Part shown: positions 38,090 to 46,630 of the stretch, in pieces | Layout: every line of letters starts with the position of its first letter | Numbering within the stretch: the stretch's first letter is position 1 | NCBI GenBank assembly: GCA_963825055.1 | Contig: CAWGSK010000034.1 | Coordinates: 32,001 to 96,000, forward strand | Length of the DNA: 64,000 nt | Reading direction: 5' to 3' | Source: an uncultured Gemmatimonadales bacterium | GTDB lineage: Bacteria; Gemmatimonadota; Gemmatimonadetes; Gemmatimonadales; GWC2-71-9 | Translations under genes and position numbers: made by a program | Notes under the pieces: generated by a model | Told to the model about the DNA's origin: nothing | What the model saw: the letters and a program-made list of their open reading frames with translations, nothing else | Databases searched by the model: none

Positions 38090-41026
38090 CTAGGCCACCG
38101 CGGCGGGGACGGGCTCGATGCGTACTGCGCTCACCTTGAACGAGGCAATCTTGGCATACGGGTCGAGAGTCGGGTTGGTCAGCAGGTTCACGGCGGCCTC
38201 CCGGAAGTGCATCGGGATGAAGATCTGGCCGGGGGCCTGCCGATCGGAGATCCGGACACCGATCAGGAGCGTGCCCCGCCGCGAGGAGATGCGGACGGTG
38301 TCGCCCTCGCCCACGCCGAGACGCTCGGCGTCGGCGGCGTGCATGTCCACGATGGGCACCGGCTCGCGCGAGTCGAGGCCACGGCTGCGGCGGGACATGG
38401 TGCCGGTATGCCAGTGGTACATCATCCGGCCGGTGTTGAGGACGAAGGGAAACTCCTCATCCGGGAGTTCGCTGGGCGGGAGGAACTCGACGGGAACGAA
38501 ACGGCCGCGGCCGTCGGGGGTGGGGAAGCGTTCGGCGAACAGGAACGGCGTACCGGGGCTGTCGGTGGTCCCCACCGGGTACTGCAGCCCTGCAGGCCGC
38601 AGGTTCGGGTACCGCACGCCCCGCCAGGACGGGGTCACGGTGGCGATCTCGTTCATGACCTCCTCCGCGCCGGTGAAGTGGGTGGGTAGTCCGAGGCGGT
38701 TCGTCAGGTCGACGAGGATCTCCAGGTCACGGCGCGCGTCACCCGGTGGGTCGAGCGCGGCGTCGAGGATCTGGATCCGGCGTTCGGTGTTCACGAAGGT
38801 GCCCTGCTTCTCGGCGAAGCTCGAGCCCGGAAGGACGACGTCGGCCCAGCGGGCGGTTTCGGTCAGGAAGAGGTCCTGTACGCCGAGGAACTCCAGGCCA
38901 CGGACCCAGCCCTCCGCGTGCGAGATGTCGGGATCGGACATCACCGGATTCTCGCCCATGATATACAGGCCGCGGATCCCCGACTCGGGCTTCGTCATCT
39001 CGGTGACCATCAGGCCGTTTTCCAGCGAGAGCGTCTCCGCAGGAATCTCCCAGGCCGCCGCGTAGTCGGCGCGGACCTCGGGGTTGGTCACCGGGCGGTA
39101 GTCGGTGTAGACGAAGGGAATCGCCCCGACGTCGCTGGCGCCCTGAACGTTGTTCTGGCCCCGGATGGGGAGCATGGCCGCTCCCCAGCGCCCGATCATC
39201 CCGCAGCCCAGGATCAGGTTGAGCAGGCTCGCGACGATGTCAGTGCCGGTGGAGTGCTGGGTCAGGCCCATGGCCCAGAGCGTCGAGGTGTTCGGCCCCC
39301 GGGCGTACCGTTCGGCCGCCCGGCGGATCGTCTCCTCCGGGATGCCGGTCAGCCGGGAGCCCACTTCGAGGGTATACGGCCGCACGGCCTCACGGACCGC
39401 GTCGAAGTCGGTCGTCCGGTTGGCGACGAACTCCTCGTTCACCAGTCCGGCATCGATCACGTGGGCCAGCATGGTGTTGAAGAGGGCGACGTCGGTGCCT
39501 GGCTGGAGCTGGAGGTGGATATCGGCCAGGGCGGCGAGTTCGGTCCGGCGGACGTCGGCAACAATGAGCGTCGCCCCGCGAGCCACGGCCCGCTTGATCA
39601 GCGCGCCGAAGACGGGGTGCGACTCCGTGGTATTGGCGCCGGCGATGAAGATGACGTCACACGCCTCCTCGATCTCGCGCATGGAGCCGGAGGCGGCCGA
39701 GGTGCTGAGGGCCCGCATCATGGCGCTCACGGAGGTCGAATGGCAGAGCCGGGTGCAGTGGTCCACGCTGTTTGTGCCCAGGGCCCCGCGGACCATGCGC
39801 ATGAAGAGGTAGTTCTCCTCGTTCGTGCACTTGGCCGAGGAGAGCCCGGCGAGGGCGCGCGGGCCGTGCTCCTCCCTGATGCGGGTGAGTTCCTGGGCGG
39901 CCAGGCTCAGCGCTTCCTCCCATGTCGCCTCGCGGAAGGCGCTGAACCACCCCGGCGGGGTCGCGACCCGGTTGCGGGAGTCGTCGTCGCTGACGACCGG
40001 CAGGCCGGTCCGGCGGGACTTTCCGATGCTCCGCTCGGGCGGCCGTGGCTTGCTGTGGCGCGCGCCTTCGGCAATCGTCTCCCACGGTCCCTCGCGATGG
40101 CGGGGCCACTCGCCGGACCACACCCAGCGGTCGCCCTCGCGCTCCCATCCCTTCCGGATCAGCGGCGAGGTCAGGCGATCCCGGTGCTGGAGGAAGTCGT
40201 ACCCGAATCGTCCCTTCACGCAGGTCGACCCCTGGTTCGGGGTGTCGTCCTCGATCCACGGCGAGGTTACCCGCAGGAGGTCGTCATCCTTCACGTGGAG
40301 GTCGAGCTGGCACCCCACGCCGCAATACGGACAGACCGACCGCACGACCTTGTCGGGGTGACGGAGCGCCTGGGCGCCGAAGCGCTGGTGCGGGATGAAC
40401 TCGAAAATGGCGCCGGTCGGGCAGACCCGGACGCACTCGCCACACCAGGTGCACCCGGCGTGGTCGGGGTCGCCGTCGCCGCCCACCACGATGCGGGTGC
40501 CGGCGCCACGGTCTCCCACGTCAAGCACGCCGACCTCCTGGATATCCTCGCAGGCGCGCACGCAGCGGGTGCAGAGGATGCACAGGGTCATGTCGTGCTG
40601 GATCATCACGTCCCCGGGCCTCTCGTCGCCAGTGCGGAGCGGGAGCTCCGAAGGGTGGTCGACCGGCACATCATAGCGTTCGAGATAGCCCTCGAACTCG
40701 TTCCGCGCCTCGGCCCGGCCGCCGTTGTGCAGGTGTCCCGTGGGATAGCGTTCGAGCAGCAGCGAGAGAACCCCGCGTCGGCTGTCGATCACCGTGGCGG
40801 ACTCCGTCGCGATCTCCATCCCGTCCTCCGCCGGCGTGGCGCAGGCGGGCGCGAGCTTCGGCCGGCCGGCGACCTCCACCAGGCAGATCCGGCAGTTGCC
40901 GACCGTCGGCAGCTTCGGGTACCAGCACAGGGTCGGGATGTCGGCGCCGGCGCGTCGCGCGGCGTCGAGGATGGTTTCGCCGGGGGTAAATGAGACCGGT
41001 GCGCCGTTCAGCGTGATTGTGGGCAT
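38090..41026 (-). CDS. fdhF: Formate dehydrogenase alpha subunit (Mo/W-bisPGD, Cys ligand) with N-terminal Fe-S domains
   Basis: 2Fe-2S 'PTLC..GNCRICLVE..PAC'; two 4Fe-4S motifs; 'CPYCGVGC..CVKGRFG'; 'DHCTRLCH'; 'RGQNNVQG'. Confidence 0.9.
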   Translation of the reverse strand: MPTITLNGAPVSFTPGETILDAARRAGADIPTLCWYPKLPTVGNCRICLVEVAGRPKLAPACATPAEDGMEIATESATVIDSRRGVLSLLLERYPTGHLHNGGRAEARNEFEGYLERYDVPVDHPSELPLRTGDERPGDVMIQHDMTLCILCTRCVRACEDIQEVGVLDVGDRGAGTRIVVGGDGDPDHAGCTWCGECVRVCPTGAIFEFIPHQRFGAQALRHPDKVVRSVCPYCGVGCQLDLHVKDDDLLRVTSPWIEDDTPNQGSTCVKGRFGYDFLQHRDRLTSPLIRKGWEREGDRWVWSGEWPRHREGPWETIAEGARHSKPRPPERSIGKSRRTGLPVVSDDDSRNRVATPPGWFSAFREATWEEALSLAAQELTRIREEHGPRALAGLSSAKCTNEENYLFMRMVRGALGTNSVDHCTRLCHSTSVSAMMRALSTSAASGSMREIEEACDVIFIAGANTTESHPVFGALIKRAVARGATLIVADVRRTELAALADIHLQLQPGTDVALFNTMLAHVIDAGLVNEEFVANRTTDFDAVREAVRPYTLEVGSRLTGIPEETIRRAAERYARGPNTSTLWAMGLTQHSTGTDIVASLLNLILGCGMIGRWGAAMLPIRGQNNVQGASDVGAIPFVYTDYRPVTNPEVRADYAAAWEIPAETLSLENGLMVTEMTKPESGIRGLYIMGENPVMSDPDISHAEGWVRGLEFLGVQDLFLTETARWADVVLPGSSFAEKQGTFVNTERRIQILDAALDPPGDARRDLEILVDLTNRLGLPTHFTGAEEVMNEIATVTPSWRGVRYPNLRPAGLQYPVGTTDSPGTPFLFAERFPTPDGRGRFVPVEFLPPSELPDEEFPFVLNTGRMMYHWHTGTMSRRSRGLDSREPVPIVDMHAADAERLGVGEGDTVRISSRRGTLLIGVRISDRQAPGQIFIPMHFREAAVNLLTNPTLDPYAKIASFKVSAVRIEPVPAAVA

Positions 41027-41123
41027 AGGTCCTTCGCGGGTGATGACGAGCGAATACTAGGGCACAATGCCGCGGGCGGGCAAGCGCTGCGCCGCATGCG
41101 CGAAAGTGTGAACAAACGATGCG

Positions 41124-41141
41124 ATGTGCAGCGATTCACGA
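41124..41141. promoter_or_regulatory. Rex-like operator upstream of the FDH gene
   Basis: ATGTGCA-GCGA-TTCACGA versus consensus TTGTGAA-N4-TTCACAA. Confidence 0.45.
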
Positions 41142-41257
41142 AATTCGCGAGACTTTTTTGCACGTGATCGGCATCCCGGATCCGATCCGCGGAAGAAACT
41201 CAAGTGACGGATTTCAAGGAAAGGTATTGCGCGATTTGGTTTTTTTATGATTTTGGT

Positions 41258-41365
41258 AGTGGCGCTGAGCCCGGAAGTTGCAGGCCAGCACCAGATGCCT
41301 CCGTGCATCGAGGCTTTTTTCCGAAGAGACAGCGGTCTCTTCAACGTCGCCGGCACGAAGCCGGT
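41258..41365 (+). ncRNA. Candidate structured leader/attenuator
   Basis: Four consecutive hairpins, including GCCTC-N8-GAGGC-TTTTTT. Confidence 0.35.
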
Positions 41366-41385
41366 ATCTTCACGCTGGAGGAGTT

Positions 41386-41517
41386 ATGGCGGTAAAGAGA
41401 AAAGCGGCCAAGCGTTCCACGAAGCGTAAGGCGACCAAGAAGAAGGCCGCCTCGCGGAAGAAGGCCTCGAGCCGCAGAAAGACCACGAAGCGGAAGGCGA
41501 CCAAGAAGAAGAAGTAG
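41386..41517 (+). CDS. 43-aa histone H1-like Lys/Arg-rich small protein
   Basis: GGAGGAG RBS; MAVKRKAAKRSTKRKATKKKAASRKKASSRRKTTKRKATKKKK. Confidence 0.8.
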   Translation: MAVKRKAAKRSTKRKATKKKAASRKKASSRRKTTKRKATKKKK

Positions 41518-41541
41518 TCTCGCCGTTTTGTGTGTCACCGA

Positions 41542-41573
41542 GGGGCCGGCCGTTGCCGGCCCCAAGTGTTTCT
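41542..41573 (+). terminator. Hairpin after the basic small protein gene
   Basis: GGGGCCGGC-CGTT-GCCGGCCCC followed by AAGTGTTTCT. Confidence 0.55.
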
Positions 41574-41596
41574 ACCCCCCTCGCCTCGTCATCCCC

Positions 41597-41633
41597 AAAA
41601 CACGAACGCCCCCGGGTACGAACCCGGGGGCGT
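41597..41633 (-). terminator. Intrinsic terminator for the minus-strand small ORF
   Basis: Minus strand CGCCCCCGGG-TTCGTA-CCCGGGGGCG-TTCGTGTTTT. Confidence 0.7.
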
Positions 41634-41657
41634 GATTCCACCTGCACGCTTTCGCGC

Positions 41658-41825
41658 TCAGGCTGCGCGGATCACGGGCACATGCTGGTGCCAGTGGTCC
41701 TGGGCCTCTTCCTCGTCCGCGGTCCACATGTAAGCCCAGATCACGGCCGGCCGGGTGACGGGCTTGCCGTTCTGGATGATGATGCCCATTGGTTCCGCTG
41801 GGGCGGTGCGTGGAATGCTCGTCAC
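41658..41825 (-). CDS. 55-aa small hypothetical protein (not in ORF track)
   Basis: GGAGCAGGA before GTG; MTSIPRTAPAEPMGIIIQNGKPVTRPAVIWAYMWTADEEEAQDHWHQHVPVIRAA; high GC3; has its own promoter and terminator. Confidence 0.7.
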   Translation of the reverse strand: MTSIPRTAPAEPMGIIIQNGKPVTRPAVIWAYMWTADEEEAQDHWHQHVPVIRAA

Positions 41826-41878
41826 GGTCCTGCTCCGGACAGGGGTTTACGGCTCTGAGTTCAGTCCCCTATAAAGGA

Positions 41879-41894
41879 AGCAGGTGGCGTGCCG
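41879..41894 (-). promoter_or_regulatory. Sigma-54 promoter for the 55-aa ORF
   Basis: Minus strand CGGCACGCCACCTGCT (GG-N10-GC). Confidence 0.6.
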
Positions 41895-41935
41895 CGCGAT
41901 TTTGATTTGTAAGCTGATGTAACAGAATGGCTTAC

Positions 41936-42814
41936 CTAGGCAAGCCCTTTCCTGGCGTGTCTTTCGGACACGGACTCGGGTGTGTCGAGATGACACGATG
42001 GAGGGTGCGTGAGGATCATGCCGCGGGAAGGACGGGCGCCTTCACGGGGGCGGGTGACGGCCTCGCGTCCCCAGCCGGCGTAGTAGCCGAGAATGGCGTC
42101 CGGAGACAGACCCCCGCTCCTGCCGGGAAGCAGCACGTGCAGGCCACCGGGTACGGTGGCCATCTGGACATTGCGGAGCATCTCCTGGCGCTCGGCGCCC
42201 TCGAGGTGGTCCAGGGTGGAGGCGTCAAGAAGGATCACTTCCGCGGGCTCGACGGGGGGGAACCAGTGGCCCAGCTGGGCGACGAAAGCGTTGAACTCGG
42301 TGCCGAGCGATTCGCTCGCGGCGCGGGATTCGACCCGCTCGACCAGGCCGAGGTCGGCCGCGACGAAGGTGACGGCGGCATCATGCGCGGCGAGGAGGTA
42401 TGACGCTTCCTCGCAGGCCCCGCCCACGGCCAGCACATGGTCGCCGGGCTCGATCCGGGGCAGCAGCGGGATGGTCGGATGGTCCGGCGTCAGCCTCCAG
42501 TGGGTCGGCTCACGCTGGGCCTGGCGGAGGGCCAGGAAGTGGGTCCGCCACCGCCGGTACGAGCGGATGCTCAGCCGCTTCATGATGATGCGGTCGACCG
42601 AGTCCAGCATGAGCACCTCGGTCAGCACGAACTGTCCCTCGGCCGTGGCGTTGAGCTCCTGGACGGCATCGTCGCCCACGCGGAGCAACTCAGCCCGCGA
42701 GAGGGAGTTCTTGTACCCCTCGATCCGCTGAAGCACGTACTCCTGGTACTGCTGCTTCAGGGAAGGGGGCGGCCGGCGGCGCCGCTGCTGGCGGAGCTGC
42801 TCGAGCGTCAGCAT
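41936..42814 (-). CDS. Hypothetical protein with a degenerate methyltransferase-like C-terminal fold
   Basis: 292 aa, coding-like codon usage; 'HVLAVGG', 'TVPGGLHVL'. Confidence 0.7.
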   Translation of the reverse strand: MLTLEQLRQQRRRRPPPSLKQQYQEYVLQRIEGYKNSLSRAELLRVGDDAVQELNATAEGQFVLTEVLMLDSVDRIIMKRLSIRSYRRWRTHFLALRQAQREPTHWRLTPDHPTIPLLPRIEPGDHVLAVGGACEEASYLLAAHDAAVTFVAADLGLVERVESRAASESLGTEFNAFVAQLGHWFPPVEPAEVILLDASTLDHLEGAERQEMLRNVQMATVPGGLHVLLPGRSGGLSPDAILGYYAGWGREAVTRPREGARPSRGMILTHPPSCHLDTPESVSERHARKGLA

Positions 42815-43692
42815 GGTTCCACGTGGACAACGATCTCCTGGATGTCGAGGCGGGCGCGGATTTCCTCCTCCACCGCGTCGGCGATTTCGTGGGCGATCGT
42901 GACGTTGACCGTACCGCTCACCGCGATGGTCAGTTCGGCGAAGCGCACCGCGGCCGCGGTGCGGCTGCGGATGGCGTACGCGCTCTCGACGCCCTCCACC
43001 TGTTCCGCGACGCCGCGGATGTCATCGCCATGGAGCGCCGCCTCGTCCACCAGGGTCGGCATGGCCCGGCGGATGATCTCCACCCCGATGCGGGCGACCA
43101 GGACCGCCACGATCATCGCCAGGACCGGGTCTGCCCACGGGTACCCGGAGGAAGACAGGTACAGCCCGGCGATGACCGCGGCGGTAATGAAGACGTCCAC
43201 CCGGGTGTGAGCCGCGTCGGCGAGGAGCACCTCGCTCTTGAGCCGCCGTCCGGCGCGGGTCTCGTACCAGGACACCCAGATGTTCACCACCAGCGTAAGG
43301 GCCAGCAGGGCTACGTCGAGCGGGGCGGCCGGCAGCGGGCCCGCGCCCTCCAGCAGGCGGCCGATGGAGCCCTTGAGCAACTCGAAGACGCTGACGGAGA
43401 GGAACACCACCACCAGCAGCGCCCCCAGCGACTCGAATTTCTCGTGCCCGTACGGGTGATCTTCGTCCGGAGCCTTTGAGGCGACCCGCATCACGGCCAG
43501 CCCGAGCACGTTGTTCAGCGCGTCCACCGAGGCGTGAATGGCGTCACCGAATACCGCCAGCGATCCCGTCGCCACTCCCACGGCGACCTTCAGGAGGACG
43601 ACGAAGATATTGGCGGCCAGGAGCCCGATGAGCACCCGCCGGATCGCCCGATGGCGGGCATCGGCCTGGAAAGGATTGCGCACTGCGGACAA
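42808..43692 (-). CDS. Cation diffusion facilitator (FieF-like)
   Basis: 'GSLAVFGDAIHAS.D', 'PDEDHPYGHEKFE', 'ADAAH..D', 'VHVEP'. Confidence 0.93.
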   Translation of the reverse strand: MSAVRNPFQADARHRAIRRVLIGLLAANIFVVLLKVAVGVATGSLAVFGDAIHASVDALNNVLGLAVMRVASKAPDEDHPYGHEKFESLGALLVVVFLSVSVFELLKGSIGRLLEGAGPLPAAPLDVALLALTLVVNIWVSWYETRAGRRLKSEVLLADAAHTRVDVFITAAVIAGLYLSSSGYPWADPVLAMIVAVLVARIGVEIIRRAMPTLVDEAALHGDDIRGVAEQVEGVESAYAIRSRTAAAVRFAELTIAVSGTVNVTIAHEIADAVEEEIRARLDIQEIVVHVEPC

Positions 43693-43783
43693 AACTCATG
43701 CATCCCCGACAGGGTGTCAACGCACCACGGTGGCCGATCCCCGCGGCTTGAATTAGATGTTTAGCAAATTATTTTATTATATC

Positions 43784-44065
43784 ATGCTGGACAAGTCCTA
43801 TAAGGCCCTGGCCGACCCCACCCGGCGCCGCATCCTCGAGCTGCTGCGCGACCGGGACCTTCCCGCGGGGGACATCGCCGCCGAGTTCCCGGTGGCGTGG
43901 GCCAGTGTGTCACACCATCTCTCTGTCCTGCGCGAGGCCGAGTTGATCCGGAGCGAGCGGGACGGCCAGTTCATCCGCTATTCCATCAATCCCGCCACCG
44001 TGCAGGGACTGCTCGAACACCTGAAGACCGTGACGGGGAGCCGCCGCCGCCGGCGCGCCTCCTGA
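43784..44065 (+). CDS. ArsR/SmtB (SdpR-like) transcriptional regulator
   Basis: 'KALADPTRRRILELL', 'SVSHHLSVL', 'RDGQFIRYS'; AT-rich upstream region. Confidence 0.9.
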   Translation: MLDKSYKALADPTRRRILELLRDRDLPAGDIAAEFPVAWASVSHHLSVLREAELIRSERDGQFIRYSINPATVQGLLEHLKTVTGSRRRRRAS

Positions 44066-44079
44066 ACCTCGAGGACATT

Positions 44080-45435
44080 ATGCCCCGCCCGCGCACGCCC
44101 CTCACCGCCCTGCTCCTCATCCTGACCCTCGCCGCCGTTGCACGGCTCCAGGCGCAGGCCCCCGACTCGGCCGAAGCCCGCCAGGAAGCGGTCGCCTTCC
44201 TTGACCTTCTGGTCGCCGGCCAGGTCGACTCCGCCTGGGTCCGCTTCGATGACAACATGCGGAATGTGCTTTCCGCGGAGAAGCTGGAGGCCACCTGGCA
44301 GACGGTGCTCAACAGTGCCGGGGCCTTCCAGCAGGTGGACAGCACATCCTTCCAACGCTCCGGGCCGTTCCGCGTGGTGACCCTCCTGGCCGCCTTCGAG
44401 CAGGTGCGGGCCGATATCAGGGTCGCCCTCGATGACCAGGACCGGGTGTCCGGCCTCTACTTCCTGCCCCATCGGGAGCACCCGGCGGAGACCTGGGAGC
44501 CCGCCTCCTACGTGGACACCGCAGCATTCCGTGAAGTGCCGGTCATGATCGGTGCGGGTGACGACACCTTGCCGGGCACCCTGTCCGTCCCCCGGGGCGA
44601 CGGGCCCTTCCCGGCGCTTGTCCTGGTGCACGGCTCGGGGCCGCAAGACCGGGACGAGACGATCGGCCCCAACAAGCCCTTCCGCGACCTGGCCTGGGGG
44701 CTGGCAAGCCGGGGCGTGGCGGTCCTGCGCTACGAAAAGCGTACGAAGGTGTACCCGGCCCAGTTCTCCGCAGCGGCGGGCGGCTTCACGGTCGAGCAGG
44801 AGACGATCCGGGATGCGGTTGGCGCGGTGGCGTTGCTGCGCGAACAACCCGGGATCAAGCCGCGGCATGTGTTCCTCCTGGGCCACAGCCTGGGAGGCAT
44901 GCTGGCGCCGAGGATTGCGTTGCGGGCCCCCGGCCTGGCCGGACTCATCATCCTGGCCGGGACGACCAGGCAGCTCGACCTGGTCATCCTGGACCAGATC
45001 AATTACATCGCCAGCATTCAGGGGGATTCGCTGCCCGCCGCGCAGCAGGCGGCCCTGGACAAGGTCAGGACCGAGGCGGCCCGCGTCCGCGAACTGAAAC
45101 CGGGTGACAGTGCCTCCACCGCGCCCGTCCTGGGCGCGCCACCATCCTACTGGCTCGACCTGAGACGGTACGACCCCGCGGCCACCGCCCGGAAGGTGCA
45201 TGTGCCGATGCTGATCCTGCAGGGGGGCCGGGACTACCAGGTTACGGAGCAGGATTTCGACGGGTGGCGGAAGGCACTGGATGGCAGGAAGGATGTGACA
45301 TTCCACCTGTTCCCCTCGCTGAACCACCTGTTCATTGCCGGGGAGGGGCGGATCGCGCCGGAGGAGTACAGTCGTCCGGGTCATGTGGATCCGGAGGTGG
45401 TGGAGCAGGTGGCCGGCTGGATTGCCGGCCACTGA
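44080..45435 (+). CDS. Secreted alpha/beta hydrolase with DUF3887-like N-domain
   Basis: Signal peptide; 'VHGSGPQDRDE', 'GHSLGG', 'GGRDYQV', 'LNHLF'. Confidence 0.9.
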   Translation: MPRPRTPLTALLLILTLAAVARLQAQAPDSAEARQEAVAFLDLLVAGQVDSAWVRFDDNMRNVLSAEKLEATWQTVLNSAGAFQQVDSTSFQRSGPFRVVTLLAAFEQVRADIRVALDDQDRVSGLYFLPHREHPAETWEPASYVDTAAFREVPVMIGAGDDTLPGTLSVPRGDGPFPALVLVHGSGPQDRDETIGPNKPFRDLAWGLASRGVAVLRYEKRTKVYPAQFSAAAGGFTVEQETIRDAVGAVALLREQPGIKPRHVFLLGHSLGGMLAPRIALRAPGLAGLIILAGTTRQLDLVILDQINYIASIQGDSLPAAQQAALDKVRTEAARVRELKPGDSASTAPVLGAPPSYWLDLRRYDPAATARKVHVPMLILQGGRDYQVTEQDFDGWRKALDGRKDVTFHLFPSLNHLFIAGEGRIAPEEYSRPGHVDPEVVEQVAGWIAGH

Positions 45436-45436
45436 G

Positions 45437-46630
45437 TCAGACCGCGCGGACTATCGCGCCCTTCAGGTAGCTGGTTTCGGGAATGGTGAGGACTTCGGGA
45501 TGGTCGATCCCCTGAACCAGCAACTCCTCGAGCCGGAGGCGCCGGCCACTGTCGGCGGCCGCCTGGGCGAGCATGCCGAAGAACTTCTCCCGGTCCACAT
45601 GGTGGCTGCAGCTGGCCGTGAGCAGGATTCCGTCGGGCGAGAGCAGCCTCATGGCCCTGAGGTTGATCTCACCATAGCCCCGCAGGGCCTGTCCCACGGC
45701 GGAGCGACTCTTGGCGAAGGCCGGAGGGTCGAGGACGATCATGTCGAAGGCCGCGCCCTCCCGCTCCCTCGCCCGCAACCACTCGAAGGCGTCGGCCGCC
45801 TCCCACCTGATGTTCCCGAAGCCGTTGAGCCCGGCGTTGCGGCGCCCGCGCTCCAGCGCCTCGGCGCTCGCATCGAGCGCGACCACCTCCCCTGCCCGTC
45901 CAGCGAGGTGTATCGCGAACGAGCCGTGATAGCTGAAGCAGTCGAGGGCACGGCCGCCCTCCGGCGCGAGCACGCCGGCCCGGAGCCGGGCGGGACGCTG
46001 GTCCAGGAACGCGCCGGTCTTCTGGCCGGTCCAGGGCGCCGCCAGGTAGCGGACGGCGCCTTCGCGTACCTCGATGTCGCCGGGGACGCTGCCTGCCGCG
46101 AGCGAGACCTCCCTGGGCAGGCCCTCCCGGCTCCGGACGGCTGGATCATTCCGGAGCAGGATGCCTTCCGGCCGGAGTACGTCGGTAATGGCCGCGAGTA
46201 CGTCCTCGCGATGGCGCTCGAGACCGGCGGAGAGCAGCTGCACCACTACCCAGCGATCGTACCGGTCCACCACCAGCGAGGGCAGCCCGTCCGCCTCGCC
46301 ATGCACTACGCGCCAGGCCGTGGCATCGATGTTCTTGCGGCGGCGGGCCGCCGCGCCAATCCGCTCGCGCCACCAGGCCGGGTCAATGGACCGGTCTGTC
46401 TCCTCGATCAGCCGGAGTCGGATGCTGGATGCCGGGGAGTTGAGGGCCTGGCCCACGAATCGGCCCCGGGTGTCATGCACGGCGACGATGCCGGCCTCAT
46501 CAGGGGCCTGGCGCACGTCGCTTCGGAAGATCCACGGATGGCCCCGCACCCAGCGCGCGGCGCCGCGATCGCTGACGACGGCCGTGGCACGCGGGGACGC
46601 CGCATGAGGCGGAGGAGAGGTCGATGACAT
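45437..46630 (-). CDS. PUA-domain SAM-dependent rRNA methyltransferase (RlmI-like)
   Basis: 'GHPWIFRSD', 'GEADGLP.LVVDRY', 'GQKTG.FLDQR', 'LDPPAFAK'; start uncertain. Confidence 0.9.
   Translation of the reverse strand: MSSTSPPPHAASPRATAVVSDRGAARWVRGHPWIFRSDVRQAPDEAGIVAVHDTRGRFVGQALNSPASSIRLRLIEETDRSIDPAWWRERIGAAARRRKNIDATAWRVVHGEADGLPSLVVDRYDRWVVVQLLSAGLERHREDVLAAITDVLRPEGILLRNDPAVRSREGLPREVSLAAGSVPGDIEVREGAVRYLAAPWTGQKTGAFLDQRPARLRAGVLAPEGGRALDCFSYHGSFAIHLAGRAGEVVALDASAEALERGRRNAGLNGFGNIRWEAADAFEWLRAREREGAAFDMIVLDPPAFAKSRSAVGQALRGYGEINLRAMRLLSPDGILLTASCSHHVDREKFFGMLAQAAADSGRRLRLEELLVQGIDHPEVLTIPETSYLKGAIVRAV

Noticed and set aside
39740..39770. Selenocysteine in FDH
   Set aside because: The active-site residue is Cys in 'RLCH'; no in-frame TGA.
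1742..41000. Long antisense ORFs (e.g. 1742-3529, 7201-8967, 24316-26637, 38918-40993)
   Set aside because: Shadow ORFs opposite clear genes, expected at high GC3; no motifs.
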